Numbered from the stretch's first letter, positions 1 through 9,394 are shown. The stretch: DNA of 34,461 nucleotides from a virus (IMGVR_UViG_3300022407_005896:1-34461), one strand, 5' to 3'. Notes: a model not told the origin generated them from the letters alone. Translations and numbers: made by a program.

Positions 1-220
1 AAGAAGAAGAGAGAGCAGCCGTCGGAGGTGTCGTCGGAGTGCAGGGAGATGATGCCGTTGAACCACACAGCCAGGATTGACCCGGAATCTGCCGGAATTA
101 CCCGGATACTGGATACCCACTCAAGACGCTCTCAAGGGCAGGTACAGGCGAACTGACCCACTTTTCAGCGATCTGGCGGGTGGTTTGAATACCGGGGCGG
201 GTGTGGCGTCTGTCGGGGCC

Positions 221-1057
221 ATGGAACGAACCAAACCTATTCTTCGCTGGCCCGGTGGCAAAACCCGGCTGCTCTCTGACATCCTCCCCCTGATCCGGCC
301 ACACCGGCTGTACGTCGAAGCCTTCGCGGGCGGCCTGGCCGTGCTGCTCGCCAAGCCGCCATCGCCCGCCGAGATCGTGAACGATCTGAACGGAGACCTG
401 GTCAACCTCTACCGGCACGCCCAGTACCACCTCGATGCCCTGATTCGCGAGGTCGAGTTCACCCTCACAAGCCGGGCGGAGCTGACCGGCCTGATTGAGC
501 AGCCGGGTTTGACCGGCCTTCAGCAGGCGGCCCGCTACCTGCTGCGGAACCGGATCTCGTTCGGGGGCGGCGGCACGTCCTTCGCCGTTTCCAAAACGGG
601 CCAGCCGTCCCGCGAGGGCGTTCTGGAGCTGCTCAGGCGGTTCAACCGGCGCATGGACAAAGTGAGCGTCGAAAACCTGCCCTTCGAGCGGCTCTTCACG
701 AACTACGACAGCCCGGAGACCTACTGGTTTCTCGATCCGCCTTACTCGGTCGGGAAAATCGACGCTTACGACGCCTGGACGGATGCCCGCATGTCGGAAT
801 TCGCGGCCCGTGTGCATGATCTGAAAGGCGACTACATCGTCACGGTCAATGATTGCCCGCACAACCGGGCGCTGTTCGCTCAGGATGAAGTCACGCCGCT
901 GGTGACCAGGTCGGGAGCGGTGAACCGCCGCTTGCGGCCACAGGCCGCGTTTGGCGAGCTTTTGATTCGCCGCCGCATCAAAGCCGCCCGTGCGACGAAG
1001 GCACAAAAAACGGCCCGTTTCCGGGCCGTTGTGCCTGCTCTGAGGCTCGCCGCCTGA
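221..1057 (+). CDS. DNA adenine methyltransferase (Dam-like, D12 class, phage type)
   Basis: PILRWPGGK, YVEAFAGG (SAM binding), IVNDLN and FLDPPY catalytic motif; start placed at ATG 221. Confidence 0.92.
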   Translation: MERTKPILRWPGGKTRLLSDILPLIRPHRLYVEAFAGGLAVLLAKPPSPAEIVNDLNGDLVNLYRHAQYHLDALIREVEFTLTSRAELTGLIEQPGLTGLQQAARYLLRNRISFGGGGTSFAVSKTGQPSREGVLELLRRFNRRMDKVSVENLPFERLFTNYDSPETYWFLDPPYSVGKIDAYDAWTDARMSEFAARVHDLKGDYIVTVNDCPHNRALFAQDEVTPLVTRSGAVNRRLRPQAAFGELLIRRRIKAARATKAQKTARFRAVVPALRLAA

Positions 1058-1093
1058 GCAGCTCGATCGACAAAGGGGTTTTTGTTGTGACAC

Positions 1094-1834
1094 TTACCAG
1101 GGCTCACGAACAGTTTCCTCCGCAGCGAGGGCCAGCTCATCGTTGATCTCGCGCTCTGGATCGGGGCTGAAACGCCGCTTAAAAGGCTCTTCAGAGGCGT
1201 CTGGAGAGGCGGAGCGGAGGGCCTTGGAGCGCAGGCGCTGGCTCTTGTTTCGGTTCTCGGGATCGCCTTTGCCCTGCATGGCATTGGCGCGGCCTGTGAT
1301 GGTGAAACCGAGCTGCTCCAGCTCGTCGGCGTTCAGGGCCTCAATGCGGCGGCCTTGGAACTTATCTTTGGCGATGGAGAGGGCGTAGTTCCACGCGTTT
1401 TGAGCCGCCTGAGCGAGCGTGTTTGAGGCAAGGCCAGGTGTGATGGTCCTCAGGCGTTCGTGACGGGCTTCCAGGGCCTCGGAGAGATGAGCGATCTGGC
1501 CCATCAAACGCCAAGCCATCTGCTTTCGGGCCTCGTTATCGGGGCCGCCGTTGAGGAAGTCATAAAAAGCCTGTTCGAGGTTCCCGATGATCGTGAACCA
1601 ATAACCGCGGATCGGGAGGAAATGCCCCTGGTGAGCGTTCTTTGCAAGGCTGAGGCCGTGGACGCCTGTCGCTTCATCCTGGCCAATTTTGCGCCAAGTC
1701 TCGCGGTCTATTTCGGCATCGGGATTGTGGCGCAGTTTAGCGGCGGCTTGAGCCTGGCCAGCGAGCATGCAGAGCAGCTTGATCTGCACGCCGCTGAGGC
1801 GTCCGAGAAAGCGGGGCTTGGGCTTCGTTTTCAT
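1094..1834 (-). CDS. Hypothetical phage protein, possibly GemA/Mu gp16-like regulator
   Basis: ATG 1834 overlaps the gam stop (TGATG); last gene of early operon; N-terminal LSGVQIKLLCMLA resembles GemA starts. Confidence 0.5.
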   Translation of the reverse strand: MKTKPKPRFLGRLSGVQIKLLCMLAGQAQAAAKLRHNPDAEIDRETWRKIGQDEATGVHGLSLAKNAHQGHFLPIRGYWFTIIGNLEQAFYDFLNGGPDNEARKQMAWRLMGQIAHLSEALEARHERLRTITPGLASNTLAQAAQNAWNYALSIAKDKFQGRRIEALNADELEQLGFTITGRANAMQGKGDPENRNKSQRLRSKALRSASPDASEEPFKRRFSPDPEREINDELALAAEETVREPW

Positions 1835-2418
1835 CACGCGGCTTCTGCCTCCGTTTCGATCCCCTGGGGGGCTTTTTTCGTGGTCTTTGACTTGGCTGTG
1901 CGAGGCTTCGGAGCCGGTTTCACGCTGGCATTTTCCCGCTCTTCGATGCCGAGGCGGTAATGCTGGAACCAATCGGGAGCCGCGTCGTAGTTATCGAGGA
2001 CATACTTCTTATTGATCGCTAGCTTGATCGTGAGCAGCGAGCTGAGAGCGAGCCGTTCATGCAGTTTTTTCGCGGCCTGAAGGTCACGGTAGATGCGGCG
2101 GCAAATATCATCCTCCTCGCCGAGCAGTTCCACGGCTTCACTTTCGGTCACGAGCAGGCGAAGGCCGTTTTCAATAAGGCTGCGGTGGCCTTGTCCGAAA
2201 ATCTCGGGGCCGTGCTGCAAAGCCAGGGCTTTGAGTTCCTCTTCCAGCTCGTCGATGCGGGCCTTTTCTTTGGCGGTGGCCTTGGTGATCGCGGCTTGAA
2301 TGCGTATGGCCTCGGCTTCGTGGGGCGCGATGGCGGTTTTCAGATCGGCCTGAGCGGCGGCGAGATCGGCGAGCAGATGGAGGGCTTGTTCTTTGGGAGT
2401 TTGGGCGGGTGTGTTCAT
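1834..2418 (-). CDS. gam: Mu Gam-like host-nuclease inhibitor (DNA end-binding)
   Basis: N-terminal coiled coil followed by RSL..GL and INKKYVL segments; about 190 aa; position downstream of MuB. Confidence 0.75.
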   Translation of the reverse strand: MNTPAQTPKEQALHLLADLAAAQADLKTAIAPHEAEAIRIQAAITKATAKEKARIDELEEELKALALQHGPEIFGQGHRSLIENGLRLLVTESEAVELLGEEDDICRRIYRDLQAAKKLHERLALSSLLTIKLAINKKYVLDNYDAAPDWFQHYRLGIEERENASVKPAPKPRTAKSKTTKKAPQGIETEAEAA

Positions 2419-2436
2419 GGGCGTTTGAGGCGGGTT

Positions 2437-2796
2437 TTAATAGCCTTCTGTGAGGCTTTGAATGAGGCTCTTTGAGCGAGGAATTAGGCGTTTCCGAACG
2501 CGAGGCTTTGGCATCCGGGCAGGCGGGAGCGTGGGATTCATGATCTCGCGGGCGGCTTGCTCAGCGCCTTTGTCGAGCTGGAAACTGAAGCTGGCCATTT
2601 CCATGCCGTTGCGCATTTCTTTAAGCCTGGTCACGCGGTTGCAGAGTTTCGACCAGGTCTCAGCAGGAATGAACCGCTGAAGCACAATCAAGGTCTGCTC
2701 GGCATCGCTGAGCACATCGCCAAGCCGCTGCTGAACGTCTCGCATGTCGGCGGCGTGCTGATGTAGGGCGCGGGCATCATCAATGGGATCGTTCAT
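2437..2796 (-). CDS. Hypothetical protein
   Basis: ATG 2796 overlaps the upstream stop (ATGA); MNDPIDDARAL... Confidence 0.7.
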   Translation of the reverse strand: MNDPIDDARALHQHAADMRDVQQRLGDVLSDAEQTLIVLQRFIPAETWSKLCNRVTRLKEMRNGMEMASFSFQLDKGAEQAAREIMNPTLPPARMPKPRVRKRLIPRSKSLIQSLTEGY

Positions 2797-3239
2797 GCCT
2801 TCGGAATCAGAGCCTCCATCTCCGCTGGGAGTTCGACGTTGAACCAGCCTTGCTTGCCTTGGCAGGGGAAGAAAGGCAGCTTCACGATACGGTCGATAAC
2901 CCAGCCAAAAGGGCCGGTGAACCACGGGGAGGCGCTTTCAGTCACGCAATCGCTGATGTGGATGGCTCCGATGATGCCGCCTGCTTGCCAGGCATCTTTA
3001 TCGAAGCTCCAGTCCGGTTTTGCCCACAGGAGATTCACAACGGCTTGGTTGTTGAAAAACAATGCTGAATTATCCATAACGAGCCTTCTGGCATTGAGGA
3101 AATCGGCCTGAGACACATCCAGATTGGCGTGAAGCAGAACCCATCCGCGAATATGCGTGCGCCGCGAGCGGTTCTCGATGTCTTTCCCGGCCCCCATAAT
3201 GAGGCCGCCCCAAATCGGGCGTGTCGAGATGGCTTTCAT
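2793..3239 (-). CDS. ASCH domain protein
   Basis: MKAISTRPIW..GKDIENRS..RGWVLLHA (GxKxxExR motif) and C-terminal GKQGWF. Confidence 0.88.
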   Translation of the reverse strand: MKAISTRPIWGGLIMGAGKDIENRSRRTHIRGWVLLHANLDVSQADFLNARRLVMDNSALFFNNQAVVNLLWAKPDWSFDKDAWQAGGIIGAIHISDCVTESASPWFTGPFGWVIDRIVKLPFFPCQGKQGWFNVELPAEMEALIPKA

Positions 3240-4387
3240 CAAGCCGCCCTCCTTTCCATCGCTGGCACCTTGCGGCGGTAGTCTTGGAGAGCCGTCGTGA
3301 AGTGATCCTTGCGCAGGCCTCCGGGCAGTTCAGCCATCAAGCCGACATCACGCAGCACATCACGCACGAGGGACATGCCTCCGCCTTTGCTGGCTTCGAG
3401 GGCGATGGTGTTTTGCAGTTCATCGGCCTGGGGGCAGCGCTGCCAGAGTTTCGGGGCAAAGTCGGCAACGAGGGACTTCGTCACTTCGAGCTTCACCACA
3501 CCCACCGAGCGACCGAGGAACTGCTCGGCGTCTTCATCGCCTCGCTTCGAGCGTCTGACGAGGCGCTCATACTGACCTGGAAAGAGGCAAATGAGGAGGT
3601 TCACTTGAGTCTGGTTTAAGAGCATCTTGAGAAACTCCAGGCCGCGACGGCTGAAGTTCGATAGCTCTTCAATGGCGAGGGTGCCGTGGGCTTTACCGAG
3701 CTTGCTGATGATGCTCTCTTGCAGGCTGGAGGCGGACTTCTCATCGAGATCACGCAGGCGCAGGGCCTTGGCGATGCCGGTGAGGAAGGCACGATAGCTG
3801 CCTTTCAGATCCGGCGTGGCGTTGAGGTGCCAGGCGACTTTGCCTTGAGCCTTCAGCTTCGCAAGCGTGGCGCTCTTCCCACAGCGAGTGCGGCCAATGA
3901 GGAGCACGATGCGCTCTTCGAGTTCCTCTTCGTTGTTCGATTCGGCATCTTCCAGGTACTCGCACACTTCGGTGAACTCCGGGCGCATCACAAAGCGGTC
4001 ACTGAGCGGGACAATCGTTCGACGGCCCTGAGCGGCTTTTTCGAGGCCTTCTTTGCCTTTCGTGATGAGCGTATCGAGCTGCTGCGTGATCTTCACGAGG
4101 CCGCGTTCGGTGCTCGGCACCGGATAGCCACCGTTGAAGAGCTGGTTCCAGCTTGAGCCGGGCATGATGGCCCCGCTGAATTGAGAATCACTCTGTGAAA
4201 GGGCGATTTGCATCTCCTTGGCGCGGGCGATCTTTTCGCGCCAGGCCTCGGGCAGGGCGTGAAACTTCTCAGCGTGTTTCGGCTGCCAGCAGAGCGGCGC
4301 GGCGAGGCGCTCTTCGGCTTCAGGGTGGTTGTGATGGAGGGCGGGCATGGGAGGCGTTGTTGTTGGTTGCATGGAGGGTGTGTTCAC
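3239..4387 (-). CDS. MuB-like AAA+ transposition ATPase
   Basis: Walker A GRTRCGKS, Walker B-like LAIEE; directly downstream of and overlapping the transposase. Confidence 0.85.
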   Translation of the reverse strand: MNTPSMQPTTTPPMPALHHNHPEAEERLAAPLCWQPKHAEKFHALPEAWREKIARAKEMQIALSQSDSQFSGAIMPGSSWNQLFNGGYPVPSTERGLVKITQQLDTLITKGKEGLEKAAQGRRTIVPLSDRFVMRPEFTEVCEYLEDAESNNEEELEERIVLLIGRTRCGKSATLAKLKAQGKVAWHLNATPDLKGSYRAFLTGIAKALRLRDLDEKSASSLQESIISKLGKAHGTLAIEELSNFSRRGLEFLKMLLNQTQVNLLICLFPGQYERLVRRSKRGDEDAEQFLGRSVGVVKLEVTKSLVADFAPKLWQRCPQADELQNTIALEASKGGGMSLVRDVLRDVGLMAELPGGLRKDHFTTALQDYRRKVPAMERRAA

Positions 4388-6534
4388 GCGGCGGCTTTGC
4401 GGAGTTGGCGCAAGGCGGCGCGGGAAAGGGTTTCGCGTTCGCTGGTCGTCGTGGTGGCGATGGCCTGGGCGAGTTCGCGGCTGGCATCGGGGGCGGGCAG
4501 TTCGGGCACGTCATCGGCATCGGCGGGCTGATTCCGCAGCGTGTGAATGGTCTGCGTGAGTTCAGCTAGGTCACCCACACGCTTCTGTGCATCGCGGCGG
4601 CGGTTCGTGAGGCGCTCGGCGATGCCGCTGGCCTGTTTGAGGGCTTTGATCTGCGCTCCGAGCATCTGGTGCAGGCCGTCGATGTCCTCATGCGTGGGCG
4701 TGCCGCTGTGCGTCATGTGGCCCAGGAGCTGGCGGGCCTCATTGAGGATCCACGCACCGCATTCGAGGTGATCGGTGTTCAAGCGGGCGATGACTCGCGT
4801 GCCGATCTCCACGCCTGGAAGCAGGCCGGAGAGACGCACCTTTTGTTTCTCGCGGCCTCGGCGCACTTCGATGTCGAGCACGTCACCGCCTTTGTAGAGC
4901 AGGGCCTCGCCCTTCCAAGTTGTGCCCTCATCAAAGAGCAGATCGAGCATGGCCTCGCGGCTCAGGCGCTGCATGCGCGGCATGTTCAGCGCCATCTTTT
5001 CGGCGGGCGTGATGCAGCGGGGGGAGCCTCCTTGATTGAGCCACAGCTCTTGCAGCTCTTTCGGCACCAGGGAGAAGGTTTTCAGATGCTCTTCAAAGCC
5101 GTGCAGCGTGGCGAGCTGCGGATGGAGAGGGATCATGGCAGAGCCGTGGTCGTAGCTGAAGAAGCGGACTTCCTCGAAGCCTTCAAGCCGGTGATCCTGG
5201 CGATGATTCAGCAGCTCGATGGCATCGCTCACGAGCCAATGCGCTTCACCGGCCCATTCAAAGGGGAGGGCCAGCTTGGCGCGGGTCTCGGCGGTGCATT
5301 TGTCGAGCAGCTTGAGGAGGCGATTGCCGAAGGCCTGGCGGGCATCAAAGGAGCCGGGCTTGCTCCAGTAGTCGCTTCCCATTTGGCCTTTCACGCCACC
5401 GAGCACGATGTCGAGCGCGGCGAACCACACTTCCAGCCAGCGCTTGCCGCGATAGTTTCCCCATCGCTCTGGAAAGCCGCTCAAGGTGAAGTCACCCACT
5501 TGAATGCCGGTGCGTTTGATCTTCACGCGGCCATGCGTCACGAAGCTCACGAGGTTCTCGCACTCGGTGCTGACCGCTGCCGCCGCATTTTCGACAATCC
5601 AGGTCTGCGTGAAATCTTGCGGCACGCCGTAGGTGCCGAGAACGTGAAACATGAGGTGTTGCATGTCCCGGTGCTCAAAGGCCACGAAGGTGCCGTCCTC
5701 ACGTTCAATGCGGGGCTTGAGGCCAAAACTCACAATCATGCGGGTGGCCACGTCCATGACGAAGAGGCCCCACATCTCGACGAGCTGCACGCCGCGCCCT
5801 GGCACATCGACGAAGACTTTGAAGTCAAGGCGATGGTCATCCACGACGAGCCATTCCATCGGCTTGAGCGTGCTCAGATCCACGCGGACTTCCGGCAGAT
5901 GCGGCCAGGCCTCGAAGCTGCCTTTGCGGGCGAGCAGGTTCACCACTTTGGCGGGCTTGTGACGCAGGAAGGTGGAGAGGCTCCATCCTGGAGGCGGGCG
6001 ATGGATCGACCACGGGCACACGGCAGGTGGCTCGCGGAAGGGATAGGCAGCGGCGTAGAGATCCCGCCAGGTGCCCGCGTCTTCGATGCTCTCACCGGAG
6101 ATCAGCTCACGAAGGATGCTCTTCCAGCTTTCGGAGAGGCCGCGCTTGTCATTCGTGGCCACGCGGCCTTGCCAGCGCTGAATCACGGCGGCGGTGAGGA
6201 TGATTTCGCGCTCGGTGGCCGTGCAGCCTTCGAGACCGCATCCACCGCACTTGCGGTGATCGACGAGGCCCGCCGCGCCCAGGATGGCAAAGCGTTTGTA
6301 ATACCACCGGCGGAGCGTTTCCGCCGAGCGGCTCGTGCGCTTCGCGATGGCGGTGATCGCGGGCAGCTTCTTCGCCGCCGCCGCGATCTCCTTCATCAGG
6401 GGGAGCAAGGCGAGGACTTCGTTGCGGGCATCCTGCGGCAGCTTGGGGAGCGCTTCGGAGAAGCTCACACGCGGCACGGTGAGCGCGGTGCTCGTCGTGG
6501 TGATGAGAGCGGGAGAGTGGTCGTCGCGGTCCAT
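4384..6534 (-). CDS. Mu-type (MuA-like) DDE transposase
   Basis: HTH SAETLRRWY, GLVDHR, WLVVDDHRLD, VMDVATRMI, WIVENA, GKRWLEVWF; start placed at ATG 6534. Confidence 0.88.
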   Translation of the reverse strand: MDRDDHSPALITTTSTALTVPRVSFSEALPKLPQDARNEVLALLPLMKEIAAAAKKLPAITAIAKRTSRSAETLRRWYYKRFAILGAAGLVDHRKCGGCGLEGCTATEREIILTAAVIQRWQGRVATNDKRGLSESWKSILRELISGESIEDAGTWRDLYAAAYPFREPPAVCPWSIHRPPPGWSLSTFLRHKPAKVVNLLARKGSFEAWPHLPEVRVDLSTLKPMEWLVVDDHRLDFKVFVDVPGRGVQLVEMWGLFVMDVATRMIVSFGLKPRIEREDGTFVAFEHRDMQHLMFHVLGTYGVPQDFTQTWIVENAAAAVSTECENLVSFVTHGRVKIKRTGIQVGDFTLSGFPERWGNYRGKRWLEVWFAALDIVLGGVKGQMGSDYWSKPGSFDARQAFGNRLLKLLDKCTAETRAKLALPFEWAGEAHWLVSDAIELLNHRQDHRLEGFEEVRFFSYDHGSAMIPLHPQLATLHGFEEHLKTFSLVPKELQELWLNQGGSPRCITPAEKMALNMPRMQRLSREAMLDLLFDEGTTWKGEALLYKGGDVLDIEVRRGREKQKVRLSGLLPGVEIGTRVIARLNTDHLECGAWILNEARQLLGHMTHSGTPTHEDIDGLHQMLGAQIKALKQASGIAERLTNRRRDAQKRVGDLAELTQTIHTLRNQPADADDVPELPAPDASRELAQAIATTTTSERETLSRAALRQLRKAAA

Positions 6535-6535
6535 G

Positions 6536-6575
6536 AGGGTCAAAGGGTCAAAGGTCAAAAAGGTCAATCAGGTCA
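6536..6575. repeat. Short-period GGTCA-core tandem repeat between polX and transposase
   Basis: agggtcaaagggtcaaaggtcaaaaaggtcaatcaggtca. Confidence 0.8.
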
Positions 6576-7190
6576 CCGCTCCCAGGGTTCGAGGTAGGGC
6601 AGGCCAGCGAGGGCGAAGACATCCTGCTCACTGCGAGCGAGGATGAGACCGCCGGGAGAGAGGTCATCACGGCCCGTGGCCGCACAGGCCTTTTCAAGGT
6701 CATCCACCGTGAAGCCGCCGTGATACGGAGCCCAGGCGAGGCCGCGCTCTTGAGCAGCCTGAGAGAGGCGGATGTTATTCTCTTTGCTGCCCGTGCGGCA
6801 CACGAGGTAGTTCCAAAAGCGTGGCACCTGGATCGAGAAGAAATCCAGCGGGATGCCAGAGGCCACATGCACCGCCAGCTTGTTTTGCTTGCCCCAGGCC
6901 ATGCCACCCTGCGCATTGAGGCGCGGCTCAATGATGCGGTCTCTCAAGAGGCTCTCAAGAGCAGCGTCGGTGAGATCCCCTTCGCGGGTGAAGAGGCCAT
7001 CCTTCACCGGGCCAAACGCGGGCGAGTAAACGAATTCGATGTCGCCCACTTCCGCCTTGCGGCGGCGGAGAGATCCCGCCACACGCAGCCAGGGCTTTCC
7101 TTCACCATCTTTGGCACAGGCAGGCTCAAGGTGAGGAAGCAGCTCACGCACCACGGCCTTGGCTTCATCGGCGGAGAAACGGCGCTTCAT
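6573..7190 (-). CDS. polX: Minimal family X DNA polymerase (Pol beta-like palm and thumb only)
   Basis: VAGSLRR..VGDIEFV, IPLDFF, RTGSKENN, SEQDVFALAGLPYLEPWER; 205 aa; no PHP or 8-kDa lyase domain. Confidence 0.9.
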   Translation of the reverse strand: MKRRFSADEAKAVVRELLPHLEPACAKDGEGKPWLRVAGSLRRRKAEVGDIEFVYSPAFGPVKDGLFTREGDLTDAALESLLRDRIIEPRLNAQGGMAWGKQNKLAVHVASGIPLDFFSIQVPRFWNYLVCRTGSKENNIRLSQAAQERGLAWAPYHGGFTVDDLEKACAATGRDDLSPGGLILARSEQDVFALAGLPYLEPWER

Positions 7191-7444
7191 AGAACAGGCA
7201 CCTCCCGCTTGGTGAAGTTGTCTTCGATCAGGCTGAGCACCGAGAAGCCATTCGGATCGCTGGCGCGCTTCTCGTGAAGGTACACAGAGCCACAGCATTC
7301 GGTGCGGAATTCATTGCTCGCGCCATGCTGCACGAAGTCTGGCTGGTATTGACCGCAGATGCATTGGCAGCCTGTGAGAACGCCTCGACGCGTGGCCTCG
7401 GTGATGAGTTCGAGAAAGGGGTGGGTAGGTTCGCCGGAGTTCAT
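7187..7444 (-). CDS. Small Cys-rich (putative Zn-ribbon) protein
   Basis: CQCICG...TECCGS; ATGA overlaps at both ends. Confidence 0.65.
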   Translation of the reverse strand: MNSGEPTHPFLELITEATRRGVLTGCQCICGQYQPDFVQHGASNEFRTECCGSVYLHEKRASDPNGFSVLSLIEDNFTKREVPVL

Positions 7445-7818
7445 TGTTCGGCTCCTTTCTTGGCCTCTTGGAGGGATTCACGCTTCGCGGCGCATTCGGC
7501 GGTGCCGATGTGGGCGCGAAGGTCAGCAGGCTTATCGAGGCAGGCGGGGCAGGTGCCTTCCGCGATGAGCAACGGGGCGAAGTCGGCAAAGGTCCGCGCC
7601 TGGTCACGCGTGGTGAACTCCGCGGCCTGGCGTCCGTAGATCTTCACGAGCCAGGCGGTGCCACTCTTCCGGGCGGCTTTGTAAACGCAGAGATCCACCT
7701 TGGACATCGGAGCGCCGGAGAGGCGGATGGCCTCCACATTGGCGAGCAGGTCATCGACGAGCTGCACGCTTTTCAGGCTCGGGCGGCGTCGGTTCTTGAT
7801 GGAGGCGCGGCACATCAT
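7441..7818 (-). CDS. Hypothetical protein with C-terminal zinc-finger-like motif
   Basis: CPAC...H....C; coupled in the early operon. Confidence 0.6.
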   Translation of the reverse strand: MMCRASIKNRRRPSLKSVQLVDDLLANVEAIRLSGAPMSKVDLCVYKAARKSGTAWLVKIYGRQAAEFTTRDQARTFADFAPLLIAEGTCPACLDKPADLRAHIGTAECAAKRESLQEAKKGAEQ

Positions 7819-8129
7819 GACTCGGCTCCTTTCTTTTCGCGGATGCCCATCGCGGCCAGGCCTTCGATGGTGGGTGTGTAGTTCGCCACGGCTGTCTTGC
7901 GGAGGTAGCCGAGCTTCACGAGTTCATTCACGCGGCGGCGGCCATTGTCATAGACGGTGTCACGAGCCGCGCAGAGCGCAGCCAGACTGTGGATGCGTGT
8001 CTTACCTTGGCAGGCAAAGGCCAGCATGAAGAAGAGCGATTGGCAGCGGGCCTTCAAATTGGCGTGCTTCCTGATGAAGGTGCGGGCGGCCTGCGCGGGC
8101 GTCATGAAAAGTTCTTCGGTGGGTTTCAT
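7815..8129 (-). CDS. Putative winged-helix protein
   Basis: RRRVNELVKLGYLRK..YTPTIEG; ATG 8129 overlaps the upstream stop. Confidence 0.6.
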   Translation of the reverse strand: MKPTEELFMTPAQAARTFIRKHANLKARCQSLFFMLAFACQGKTRIHSLAALCAARDTVYDNGRRRVNELVKLGYLRKTAVANYTPTIEGLAAMGIREKKGAES

Positions 8130-8413
8130 GCAATCTCCTCCTTGAGCTGGTAAAGGTGGCACTTCGCGCCGCGTGGGCTGTGGGTGTGCTCCGTGCCGAT
8201 GACGGCCACGAAACCGGCATTCACCAACGCGGTGAGATGCATCCACGTTTGAGCACGGGACACTTTGAGCAGCGGGGCCAGCTCGTCACAGGTCCAAGCC
8301 TGGTTGTGTGCCAGAAGGAAAAAGAACACACGAAGCTGGCCCATGCCTTGCACGCGGCTCATGATCTGGAGCGCCGTCTCAGCGTGCTCAGGGGTGAAGG
8401 GTTGAGCAGGCAT
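8126..8413 (-). CDS. Winged-helix DNA-binding protein
   Basis: TCDELAPLLKVSRAQTWMHLTALVNAGFV. Confidence 0.72.
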   Translation of the reverse strand: MPAQPFTPEHAETALQIMSRVQGMGQLRVFFFLLAHNQAWTCDELAPLLKVSRAQTWMHLTALVNAGFVAVIGTEHTHSPRGAKCHLYQLKEEIA

Positions 8414-8414
8414 G

Positions 8415-9170
8415 CTACTTCTTCCCTCCTTTCACGCGGGCTTCCGCATCTCTGCGGGTTTTGATGAGGAGGGCGATGTCATGGAGCCATCCTTCGAGCT
8501 GGTTATGTTGAGCGCTGAGCTCGTCGTCATTGAGGTGCTGCCAGGTGCCGCCCTGGCGCATGTCCCGGATGCTCGTCATGTTCTCCAGGGCCGTGCTGCG
8601 CAAAACGGCGGGATCGAGGTCATCCCCGCGATTGTGCGCTCCGCCTTTGAAGTCGTTCTTGGCACTCTTACCACCGGCGGGCGGGGCTTTGGCCTTCTTT
8701 TCCTTCCAGGCTCCAAAGTCGAGCATCATCTGGCTCATGCTGCGACCATCGGCGGCCTTCTCCAGGGCCTTTACCACTTCCTTTTGACGTGCCTCTGGAA
8801 GGGCCGTGAAGGGCTTGTTAAGAACGTCGGCTTGCGTGAGGATCGGGATGTTCTTTTTGCAGGCCTCCGCCAGCTTCATGCAGCGGTCACAGGTGTCGAT
8901 GGAGAGGCCGGTTTGACCCTCGACCATGTCTGCCCAGGGGATAATTACCGCAGACTGCGGTAATTTCTCGGACGGGCGGCCTGCTTTGATGCCAAGCTCG
9001 CCTTTCAGCCTGAGTAGCTCATGCCCCAAAAGGATGCTCTCATGCGTGGCACGGCGGCCATGCTCGATGATGTTGGCGACGTGTTTGCGGGCGGTGTCAA
9101 AAGCCTTGATCGGCTCGCCCTTGATGGTGATGCCTTGCGGCGTGGTGATGGTGGTGAGGGCTTTACTCAT
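8415..9170 (-). CDS. Hypothetical phage protein (DUF3102-like)
   Basis: ESILLGHELLRLKGEL...WADMVEGQTGLSIDTCDRCMKLA; ATG 9170 overlaps the upstream stop. Confidence 0.6.
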   Translation of the reverse strand: MSKALTTITTPQGITIKGEPIKAFDTARKHVANIIEHGRRATHESILLGHELLRLKGELGIKAGRPSEKLPQSAVIIPWADMVEGQTGLSIDTCDRCMKLAEACKKNIPILTQADVLNKPFTALPEARQKEVVKALEKAADGRSMSQMMLDFGAWKEKKAKAPPAGGKSAKNDFKGGAHNRGDDLDPAVLRSTALENMTSIRDMRQGGTWQHLNDDELSAQHNQLEGWLHDIALLIKTRRDAEARVKGGKK

Positions 9171-9394
9171 GGTTCGGTGAGGCTGAATTCGGCGAATTTT
9201 TCCACGGCGCATTTGGCCACCAGGCCCCGCGTCGTGAGGGTGTAGGTTTGCGGCTCCGTTTCGAGCAGCAGGCCGGTGTCCGCCATGCGGCGTGCCAGCG
9301 GGAGGACATCGGAGTCCATCTCCGAGAGATCCATCAGGCGGCCTTCGCAGCGTTCGAGCAGCGTGAGCCAAAGGGTGAGTTCGCGTTCGTTCAT
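9167..9394 (-). CDS. Small putative winged-helix protein
   Basis: MNERELTL..RRMADTGLL..YTLTTRG. Confidence 0.6.
   Translation of the reverse strand: MNERELTLWLTLLERCEGRLMDLSEMDSDVLPLARRMADTGLLLETEPQTYTLTTRGLVAKCAVEKFAEFSLTEP

Noticed and set aside
77-220. N-terminal extension of the methyltransferase and similar upstream starts (1972, 7298, 9371, 10646, 15229, 21629, 23223)
   Set aside because: Extensions overlap neighbouring genes or translate intergenic repeats; downstream starts fit motifs and ATGA coupling
4669-6597. 642-aa plus-strand ORF opposite the transposase
   Set aside because: Antisense shadow typical of high-GC coding DNA; no motifs
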